A DNA stretch of 64,000 bases from Euglena gracilis (lineage: Eukaryota). The first letter of the stretch is position 1. Each line of letters begins with the position of its first letter. Below the pieces are notes generated by a model. That model was not told where the DNA came from and did no database searches. It saw nothing but the letters and a program-made list of their open reading frames with translations. The stretch is taken from positions 45,363,847-45,427,846 of the forward strand of contig CP154954.1 in the NCBI GenBank assembly GCA_039621445.1, in the 5' to 3' direction. The position numbers were made by a program, and so were the translations under genes. Below, piece after piece: positions 26,987 through 37,500 of the stretch.

Positions 26987-27290
26987 TAGCCTTAACGCGA
27001 AAGCTGAAAAATCTGACAGCCGAAAATTCAAAAGCCAGTTGTGATGACCGGATGCGCCAGGCCGTGGATAAAATCAAGGTCTTGCTTTTGGAGAACGCGG
27101 TTCTGGATATCGCGGATCCAAACAAACCGTACATCCTCGAAGTCCGAAGCAGCGATTACGCTGTTGGCAGAGTTCTTAGCCAGTATAATGCGGGAAACGA
27201 GCTCTGGCCTGTGGCTTTCTTTAGCAGGAAGCTACGGGCCGAAAACAGGAAATGACAGGTGAAATGGAGTATTCGCTAAAAGGAGACATA

Positions 27291-30271
27291 CCATGCCCCC
27301 CCTTATAAGACCCCCCATCGGTAGCCAAAATCCCAAGGGGGGTCTCATATGGGGGGGTCTTATATGGAGGGGTCGGTCCCGGCCAAAGGGCCGGCCTTAG
27401 GCCGGGCAGGCGGGGTCTTATATGGGGTGGTTGCTGAGCTCTTATCCCTTTATGGGTAATAGCGAAGCTAACCCATGGCAAAACCACCCGCCGGCTCCCC
27501 GGCCCTCCCCCCGGTCGGGGCCACATCGGGAACCGACGGCTTATCACCATGGTCCCGGCCCAGTTCCCTAAAAATCTTTTTTTCAATCGCAAGCGACTGG
27601 ATTTCTAGTTTCTGAATCACCTGGGTTTGACCCCCAACTACCCGCCAGGCCCGAGTTATACACGAGCGAAGGGGCCCACACTGGGTAAGATCAGCCTGCC
27701 TTCCTTTTTAAGCCCCCCCCCTTGGACTCTTCAAAGTCCGAGGTCCCCTTACCACGAACCTGACTTCTGGAGCCCCTTCCTTTACTTGACATCCCTTTCA
27801 CTGAAATCTCTTTCCCAAAATCCCACTTCCAGCAGCAATGACCAAACTTGAAATAAACAAGCGCCGCAGACAAAATCAAAGAAATCCAATCTCCGGCAAG
27901 TAATCCCAGACAACAGAGTGAACAGTGTATGTTGACAGCCACCTACAGACAGCACCAATATTTTTTCTGTGAATTAAGGTCTGCCTGCTGGAATTAGACT
28001 TCAGCCTGTGATTTCCTGGTGACTATAAAAATGCACCTGGACCACTCACACCCCCCCGCTCAGGAGATCGCCCTGGTCAATCTGACCTGACTCCAAATTG
28101 GGCGAGTTGCAGCAAAAAGTTTTGAGGAGCCAGGAAAAAATGTGGTCCATTTGAAATTGTAATGGTACTGTCCTTGGTGACTGCCTTCACACCTGCCACC
28201 GACACACCACACAGCACACACGGGTGACACGATCTGAGTGACTATGTTACAGCCAATGAAGGATTAGCACCCAAATTGCAACACACTTCTACGGCATCAG
28301 GCCACATCGGATAAATTCTTTCGCAGCTGATCCACAGGTGTACACACGGTACCGCGGCGTCAGGCAACAGCCAAAGACAAATACCCAGCAGCCGACCACA
28401 ATCAAAGTTGCAGCAAATTGTAATTACCAATCACGATCTCTTTTCAATGTCCAATCTGGTCCCCAATCTTGTGCATCAATCTTGAACTCTTCCATTCTTT
28501 TTTGGTGGTCGATCCATCTTCGCTGAAACCGTCTTGCCTTTGTCCGCTTTTTGCCAGATGTCTGGCAAGCCGCGGATTCCAGTCTCAGAGAATCTGTCTG
28601 GCAGGCAACAGAACGACATTACACCAAATCTGGTTGAAAATCTCGATGGGGTCCGCTGTTCGAACTGGACTGGGACACTGTCCTGATACACTGTTCATGA
28701 AAGTCCGAGGTCCCCTTACCACGGACCTGACTTCTGGAGCCCCTTCCTTTACTTGACATCCCTTTCACTGAAATCTCTTTCCCATAATCCCACTTCCAGC
28801 AGCAATGACCAAACTTGAAATAAACTTGCGCCGCAGACAAAATCAAACAAATCCAATCTAAGGAAAGTAATCCCAGACAACAGAGTGAACAGTGTATGTT
28901 GACAGCCACCTGCAGACAGCACCAATTTTTTTTTCTGTGAATTAAAATCTGCCTGTTTGAATTAGGCTTCAGCCTGTGATTTCCTGGTGACTATAAAAGT
29001 GCACCTGGACCACTCACACTCTGCCATTTCGGCCAAAAAATGTCAATTTTCAAAATATCTCCAAAATGAAGCCAAATCAAAGGAAATGTCCGGAGACCTA
29101 ATTTGAAGCCCTTGGAACGCTCCATGTACCAGTATTTTTATTTCCCCGCAACTCACGCCTAAACCCCACCCCCAATTATAAACCTCCCCCACTTATAAAC
29201 CCCCCCCATCGGGGTGACCAACCAAACCGGATCCTATAACCCCCCCCCCCCTGGGGAAGAAAAATGCAAACCGCCGGGGACGATTTTTCCATCCCCAAAC
29301 CACCAAAAAACTGACTGTTTGGAAATGTTTTAAGACCCACCATCATCAAAAATGCCATTTTTGACCAAATCTGCCGAAAATTGCCAATTTGGGGGGGTTT
29401 CGGGGTTACTTTGGGGGGTCGGATTATCACAAACAATTCTGGATCCTACAAACCCCCCTTCACTTATAAACACCCCCCTTCGGCCGACCAACCAAACCGG
29501 ATCCATTTAACCCCGGGGGGTTTATAAGTGGAGGGGGGGTTTACCCGGAGATACGGCCGTTTTGGGCCCAGATGGCCGTTTTGTACAGTTTTCCCACTGT
29601 CCGACTTACTGGCCGTTTTCGGGGTGGGGGGGGTCAAAAAATCAATGTTTTCAAAATTTCTCGAAAATGATGCAAAATCAAAGGAAATGTCCGGAGACCT
29701 AAATTGAACCCCTTGGAACGCTCTATCTACTGCATTTTTGTTTCCTCGTGGCTCAACGCCTAGCCCGAGATACGGGCGTTTTCCGGCCAATTTGGGCCAT
29801 TTTGTACACCATTTCCACTGTTCGACGTAGCCGTTTTCGGCCAAAAAAGTCGAAAAAATATTTTTTTGCCCGAAACGATGTTTTTTGGCCTCCCGGACCC
29901 AGAAAAACTGTTTTTGAGCCGAAAATGAGCGTGTTTTGACCCGCCAGCGCCCCGTTTTGGGCCAGCCCATTGACCTTGGGTTCTTTTCGGGTCAAAAAAA
30001 GTCGAAAAAGTCGCAATTTGTTTGCCCGAAACAAGGTTCTTTGGCCTGCTGTACCCAGAAAAGGTGTTTTTTGAACAAAAAAAAGAGTGTTTTTTCGACC
30101 CCCCCCCGTTTCGCACACAAAACTCTTAAAGCTCAGTCAAAAGAGCTCCGTGGTTTCGGCCGGTCAATGAATGGGGGGGGGTCAATGAAGGGGTGGGTGC
30201 ACGCTTATTAAGAGCTCAGCACTATTCAAAACCTGTTCTTATATGGGGGTTCTTATATGGGGGGGGCATGG
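27291..30271. mobile_element. Composite TIR element, TA TSD, containing further nested inserts
   Basis: CCATGCCCCCC-TATAAGACCCCC ... GGGGGTTCTTATA-GGGGGGCATGG flanked by TA. Removal restores RNase H KET-YAIL. Confidence 0.8.
27731..29018 (-). mobile_element. TRIM-like non-autonomous LTR element
   Basis: ~320-bp direct repeats 27731-28050 and 28698-29018 (TG..CA in the second), 4-bp TSD CTCT, minus-strand G-run PPT at 28051-28057. Confidence 0.8.
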
Positions 30272-33200
30272 TATGCCATTTTGCTTATACTCCAAAAGTT
30301 CCGCAGCTGGATTGCCAGTGGCGTGATCCAAATACTCGTGTTGACAGATCATGAGAGCTTTCAAAGCTGGTATACCGAAGACCTGAACAAAGCCATGTCA
30401 TCAGTCGGCAGGAGATGCCGATGGCACGAGTTCTTGAGCCAGTTCCACCTGGTGGTGATTTATACCCCAGGTCACACGCAAAAATTGCGGATCCTCTCAG
30501 CCGGGCACCCTGGTATTATCCTGGGAACCTGGACGAGGGTGATGCGACTTTCCATGGCAGTCATGAGGATGACCAAATTGCGCGTCGAAGTGACGCTATG
30601 TATAACATGCGGGATTCGCTTCCCGTTTCCCTGGTGTATTGCACCTTTGCCGTTTCACCATTGCGTGGCAGGTGCCGGTGTGGACGCACGGCCGGCCCCG
30701 TCGCATTACGTGAACAGAATCTCCTTCCCCTTATTTTTCTGTGAATGGGATTTTTCGCGTGACCCTTTTTTTAGTGCCATTGTGGACAGACTGCGTAATG
30801 GTAAGTCTGCAGGTAATTACTCTCTATCACCGTTACGGCTTATTTTCCGGAATGATTTTGGTTTTACTCCAAGACAAGTGCTGTACAAGTACTAGAACTG
30901 TACAAGTACTGTATACTTCAAGGCCTGGTTGATGACGTGATTTTGAGCTATCACCACGGTCACCCTGGGGCCCACAAACTTCTTTCTCTGGTGGGTCGCA
31001 GATATTGCACAACCATGAGTGGAAATAATTATATTCTTGCTGTTTGCAAATTTTGAAACGGTGCCGAATTTGTCAGGCTGTGAAACCGCGCAGAGGTACC
31101 CCCCCTGGTATGATGGCCTTTTTCCCCGTACCACTGGACATTTTTCCGTCCCTCTGCATGTATTTCTTAGAGATAGAACCTTGCAATGCATTAGAGGACA
31201 AAGTTTACGATTGCATTTTTGTTGTCATCTGCCGCCTGAGTGGGTACATTGTAGCCATTCCATACCAGAAAGCAGGGTTGACAGCCCGAATTTTGGCATC
31301 CATATTGCTGGAGAAATGTATCTGCTGAATGGGCTGTACCGAAAAAAATGAAGAGTGATCAAGACCTCTTGATCTCTTCGCGGTTTTTCACAACTTTGTG
31401 CGGTCTCCTCGGCATTGAACAGCATTGTTCCATTATATGCCGGAAAGGAAATGGTAGGGCCGAGTGAAATCCGTTGTGAGTATGCTTCGCCTTTCACTGG
31501 CTGACTCACGTAAGGACTGGTTGTCAGATCTTCATTGGTGTTTGTTTTACATTAATACCTTTCCAGGGTTGGTGTTACCGCATTCACTGTAAAAAAAAAT
31601 GTTTTCGGAAGCGACCCTCCGGCCATAGGGGTTATCCCCTCGGAGAGACCCGCCCGAAGTAGTGTGAGGTGTAAAACGTAGTTTGCAGAAGTGGAATCAC
31701 TCCGCTCTGCAGTCCAATCATGTGTCACAGAAATTAATTCCAACAAACGGAAATCGTTTTTGCAAAATGTACTAGGCATATTAGGCGTATGCAAATTGGG
31801 CGTATGACCTCTGCCCTTCCAATGGGGAAGTTAGCATGATATCAAAGCCTATTAGGATTTTCTCAACCTTCTTCTTCTTTCTCTCTCCACAGGTGGTATT
31901 CTGTTGTACATTTTATAAACTCCGCACCAGAGACCCAACTCTGGTTTCTCCTTTTGTTTCCTTCCCTGTACTTTGCGTCCGCCGTGCGGGGAAGGTCAAA
32001 GGAATTTTTCTGTTTCTCTGATTTTCAATTCCCTAAGTAGGTGCGACAGGAGAAAGCGAGGCTTTTCCGGGGAACAGGGAAGATCAGACGTACAGCCAAA
32101 GCCACTTGGTGGGGGTCTTGACAAATGAAGTTGGGAAACTTTTTGTTTGCTGGGGGTGCAAGACGTGTCCACCTCGGGTTATGTCCGTTTTTAAAAAATT
32201 TGGGATCTTGTGAAGAAGTTTTTAGGTTTGGGGTATAATCCCCTGGGTCTTTCTGCTCCATGGTTGGGGGGTCTGCCAATTTCACGTGGGCGGGAACCGA
32301 AACCATTTGCAATTTGACTTTTTTTCTTGACAGTGGTACAGAAGGGGTTTTTTGGATGGCATTTAGAAATGGTTTTTTTTTGCATCCCCATTTTGTTAAA
32401 TAGCTTACAGCCACGCGGCTATCTACTGGGAGAACAACTGTTTCTTTTGGTTTTGCCACTGTTTTTACAAGGTCCACCGCAGAAATCGACTCTTTTTGGT
32501 TGATATGAAGGATATGCAGGCCTCTCCAAAAATCCTGCACCTTTTGACCGAAATTTTTTTCCAACACTCCACCCCCACTGCCAGGTGCTTCTGTCTGAAA
32601 AAGTTCCCCACAAGCCTTGTATTGAAATGTCCTGCCTATTCTTGGCTTTAAAGATGCTTTTAATTCCAGATTTTGATCCTTGATCCCCTGGGGAATGGTC
32701 AGGGTGTGTTCCCAACCCCACTTGGTGTGCTGATACACCATCTTGCAAAGTTGACCTGGCAAGACTATGAGATGGCATTTAAAACTAAGTAGCTTCTGAC
32801 TGGCCCACAATGGAACAGAGAAGTTTTATGCAGCTCATTGTTGTGCTGTCAGCAATTTTTCAAACTCCTTTCTCTGGCATTTTGTTTTTCTTGAAGAACT
32901 CCCACTTAGCCTTTGTCAAACTGATACACTGGCCAAAATACTCCGTTTCCTGTGTGTGTTCCAAATAGGATTTGGGGAGGTTTAGCCTGGAACCTGCCAG
33001 CAGGAGATCCTTTTACATATCTGTCATATGCAACGTTGCTGTCTTTTTGCTAGGGGCTAACAGCAAAATGTCCTCCACAAACACAAAAACTGCATTCCCT
33101 TCCTCTCTCCATTTTCCTTCCCAGACTCCAACGAGAATCATGAATTTTTGTAGCAGGCTGCTGATGCCGAAGGACGAAGCTTGAAACTGTCAGGTTTCCA

Positions 33201-33880
33201 CCCAACTGCATGCACACGTAATTTTCTAAGCTTCTGTGCAGATTTAAATGAACATAAGCATCTTTGAGGTCGATTTTTGCCACAGAACCATCTTTTATTA
33301 AATATGGGAGAATGTCTCCAATGTGTTCCATTCTGAATTTCTGGTGGGTGGAGTGGATATTTAATTGTCAACAGTGTCAAATTAGTCTTTCATTTGTCTT
33401 TCACCCTCTTTTCTTGGAAATGATGACATAAGAAAAAAAGAAACAAAAGAAAAAATGACATAGGGAAAAAATGCCTTCTCTGGGGTGATTTGTCTGGTTG
33501 CTGTTGAAAATCCTTTTTCCTTCAGAATTGTTTGAGCAGAAATTTTCTTGGGGTTATTTGAAGGGATTTTTTAAAGACATTTGAGGGGGAAGGGGAAGAT
33601 CTGCCACAACCCCCTCTCTGATGAGGTTTATTACCTCCTTGTTCGGCTTCTGCTTTCTCCCAATCGGGCCCTGTAGGGGGTCCACCCTGTTTGTAAAGTG
33701 TCTGGGTATTCCACATGCCCGACACTTCGGAGAGCCCTTCCCTTTGGGTGCCCCATCACTGGGGTCACTTCTGGCCCTACCAGAGGGTTGCTCAAAGACA
33801 GGATTTCCCTCTACGTTTTACCTACGGGGGAAAGTCTGTGTTGTCTGCAGGGGGGAGGTGTATATAAGGGTGTGGTAGTG

Positions 33881-34071
33881 TGCGGACTATTTACTAACCG
33901 CCTGAACCGAACTTTGTATTCCTAATTCGAACCTTTCCTCCTGTGCAGACTGCTGGCTCTGGTTATGTCTCAACATTGATTGTGTTACGTCGTTGGGGAC
34001 AATTGGGATATCAAGAAAAATTGGGAATCCGAGGATTTCAATAAAAACAAAAGAATATTCTGAGACGTCCA
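33881..34071 (+). repeat. 5' LTR
   Basis: Matches 40744-40934; I see only one substitution (CGTCG vs CGTCT). Confidence 0.95.
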
Positions 34072-34075
34072 AAGT

Positions 34076-34087
34076 TGGTCGCAGAGG
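34076..34087 (+). promoter_or_regulatory. Primer-binding site, initiator tRNA-Met-like
   Basis: TGGTCGCAGAGG just after the LTR; one mismatch from TGGTAGCAGAGG, the complement of an animal-type tRNA-iMet 3' end. Confidence 0.7.
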
Positions 34088-34514
34088 TTTGTTGTTCCAA
34101 TCGTCCAAGACGTCTTCGAGGAGATTCAACATTGTTTCACTGGTTATTGAAGTTCCAGAAGTTGGTGTTCCTGAAGGCAAGGTTAACCGAGTTGCTGGTA
34201 AAGAACAACACCTTCAACAGGAAGTTGACATTGAGGCTGTGGTGAACAAGTTCACAGTGGAGAGTTTGTCAACAGTTGTTGTATTGGTTACTTGGTTGAG
34301 GAAGTTTGTAAGTGGTGCTGTTCACCTTGCTGTCCAGAACAAGATCCTGGTTGAGGCAAGATCTTCATCATCTTGCTGACCTGGTCCTGAACCCAGTGGT
34401 TGGTTTTCTGTTCTGGTTTCTTCAGTTTTTGTTTGTTTTTTGGGTTGGCCAGTGTTTCTGTTTCTCCCAGTTTTCAGAGCCAGTGGTTGAGTTTTTTGAA
34501 AGTGATCTGCAGAA

Positions 34515-37500
34515 ATGTCCTCCATTGAAGATTTGGAAAGAAGGTTGCAAGAATTGGAAATCAAATCAGCCAGCAGCAGTCAGTCTGTGTTTACCCCTGT
34601 GAACCCCATCACCCAGGTTGAAACATTTCTGAAGCAAATTGTGGAACCAAATTCCAGCAACCCCAGCCAAAGTTCAACCCAAAGTTCAAGATTACCCCCT
34701 GTGAAATTGCCAGAGTTTGATGGTGCAAATTGGCCTGAGTTTTTGAAAGATTTTGGCAGATGGTTGAGGTTAACTGGTGCAGTTGCATTTGGAAATGTCC
34801 AGAAAAAGGATTGGCTGTTGGAATGTTGCACCCCCAAGGTGAAAAAACTGGTTGAAAAAGTGATGGATGAGAATGATGATTTTGAAAAAGTGCTGTTGGA
34901 AATTGCAAATTTGTTCCCAACACTGGAAAATGACATGACTTTGAGGTCTGCCATTGACAAATTGCCAGCACTTTCCCAGAACCCTGAACCCCAAGACATC
35001 AAAAAACTTTTCATTGAATTGGACAATTTGATGGCCAGGTTGAGCCCCCAGGCCATGAGTGAACAGGAAAAGTTTTTGGTTTTGCTGAGGAAATTACACC
35101 CCAGAATGTATGCAGACATCAGGGCAGACAGATTTTACAAACATCGTTCTGAGACATTCACAGATTTGAGAAAAACAATTTTGGAGAAAAGTTCTGAAGA
35201 TTGGTTGGAGAGGAATTTGCTGAAAAAAGAAAATCTCAGACCATTGATTGAAAGACCCCCTGATCAATCTGAAAAAGTTGGTGAAAGTGTCCCAGAATCT
35301 GGAAAAGGTGGAAAATCTGGTGGAAAGGGGAAAGGCAAAGGAAAAGGCAAAGGCAAGGGTGAAAGAAAAGTTGATGACACCCCAGCCCCACGATTTGGAG
35401 CCACAATTTTCTGTCGATTTTGTCACAAAAAGGGGCATTATGAAGACAGATGTTGGTCAAAAGAAAAGTTTGAAAAAAAGAAGGCAGCAGCCCAGAAGGG
35501 GGCAGGCAAAGGGACCCCTTCGGTTCAACCCCAGGGAGTGCAAACCCAGGTTACCCCCCCCCGGGAGAGAACCCCAAAAAGAAAAGCTGATGCTTTGCAG
35601 TTGCTCCAGATGGTGTGTAAAACTTATCTTTTGCCAGTAAAGGTTTATGGAAAGGAAATTCAAGCTATTTTGGACACTGGGGCCACCATAACTGCAGTTT
35701 CTAAGAAATGTGTTCCAGAGAATAAAATTCAGCGAAGTGCTGCGGTACCCCTGCAGATCGGCAACGGTGAGTACATCTTTTCCGAAGGAGTGTGTGAGGT
35801 GAGTTTGGAGTTGGGGCGAAAAACACTAAGACTTAAAGCGGTTGTGGTTGAAACAAATGCCTTCGAGGCAGTTTTGGGGACTGACTTTACTGAAAGTGAA
35901 TTTTTTGGTGGGTTGCTGACCAGACCCCCCAGAATCATCATTGATGGTGAGGAGTTTTTACTTCAGAGCCATGATGGGGACCACACCATCAAAAGAATTT
36001 TCAGACTTTTCAAGACAGAAAGCTACACTTTGGCGAAGCCAGTGAAGTCAAAAGCTTTGGATGAATTGAAGATTTCTGAGGGTCAGATTTGCATTGATCT
36101 TTTTGCAAACCACCTGAACCACACCCAGTCTTTGTACATGACAAAAGGGAATTCAGCCTACAGGTATTCATGGGAAAGGTTGTTGTGTGACATTGGTGCT
36201 TCCAAGTTTCTGTGGGCAAACCCCCCCTTCAGCCAACTAAGCAAAGTGGTGACAAAGTTGTGCATTGAAGAAACAAAAATGGTCCTGGTGCACCCAGACT
36301 GGGTGGACCAGTACTGGTCCCCCCTGCTGGAAAGGGTGACTGTGGCCAGGGTGAAAATTTCAAGTGGGGTTCCCTTGTTTGTGGGTGACAGGTGCAAAAA
36401 GGTGCTGCCCTCCCCCCTGTGGAACACTTTTGTGAGTGTGGTGGACACTGTGCAATTCAAAGTGGATTTTGAGCTTTTGGACCCCAAAATTGTCAGTTGG
36501 CTCAGGAAAGTTTCAAGGAATTGGAGTTTGGATGAACTGAGAGGTGAGATCAGGAAGTATCCCACAGTGGATGATGGAATTCAAGTGGATATCCCAGATG
36601 TTCCTGATGTTCCCCCCCTGCAGCAGGCAACCCAGCCTGCCAGCCCACCTGCAGACAAGCAAGTTTTTGAAAGTCCCAGTTTTCCTTTGGAGAATGTTCC
36701 CCCCAAGGAATCAGATGAAAAAGTGAAAGAATGGTTGGACAATGTGGTGGTGTTTGAACCAATGAATGAGCATGAAAACATCAATTTTTTGGCTGAGTTG
36801 ACCAAGGACATTGAAAGTGAGCTGAGTCTTTTTCAGGAGGTGAGAAAAGATGTGGAGGTGATGTTTTTCCAGCTGGCCCAGCCTGTGGAAGATGTTCAGT
36901 TTGCAAAACCTGTGAAAACTCCCAAGGCAACAATCAAGATGGATGAACTCAAAAGCATTTCCCAAGTTTTGCATGAAAAGATTTGGACTTTGGAGGCCCA
37001 GAAAAAGGCTGATGAAAAAAGCAGCAAATTGTTTACTGAGAATCTGAGTGGAGAGTTTGAAAAAGAAGTTGAGAAATTCAGAGACCACCCCAGATTGTAT
37101 GAGCTTTTGGTGAAATTTTCTGATGTTTTTGGACCATTGCCCACAATTTCTGAGTCCCCCCCCCCCCTGCCAGTTTTGATGGACATTGAGCTAAAGCCTG
37201 AATGGGAAGGTAAACCCCTAAGGCAAAAGTGTTGGCCCATGCCCCAGGAGGATGAAAAAGAAAATGACCTTCAGTGTGAAGAATTGCTAAAGTCAGGGTT
37301 GATTGAGCAGTTCCCAGTTGGTGAAATCCCCCAGGTGTGCAGCCCCACATTTTTGGTGGACAAAAAAGGGTCAAGTACCAGAAGGATGGTCATCCATTAT
37401 GGAAAATTGAATGCCAGAAGCAAGGCACATGCAGGTTATTTGCCAAGCATGGACGTTTTGATTGAAAGTTTGGCCAAATGTCGCTGGAAAAGTACCCTGG

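Larger units (their letters stand above)
25760..31750 (+). pseudogene. Old degenerate Ty3/Gypsy pol (RT, RNase H, integrase) with nested insertions
   Basis: FPLPLIE, LYIDHVL (decayed YIDD), PNKPYILEV...PVAFFSRKL, KET/YAIL...LTDHES, HHGHPG...CRIC integrase zinc finger; many stops and frameshifts. Confidence 0.85.

Noticed and set aside
36015-36450. MT segment as a passive DIRS insertion into the Gypsy
   Set aside because: It is in frame, with no stops, no DIRS termini, no adjoining DIRS RNase H or recombinase, and is well diverged from local DIRS MTs.
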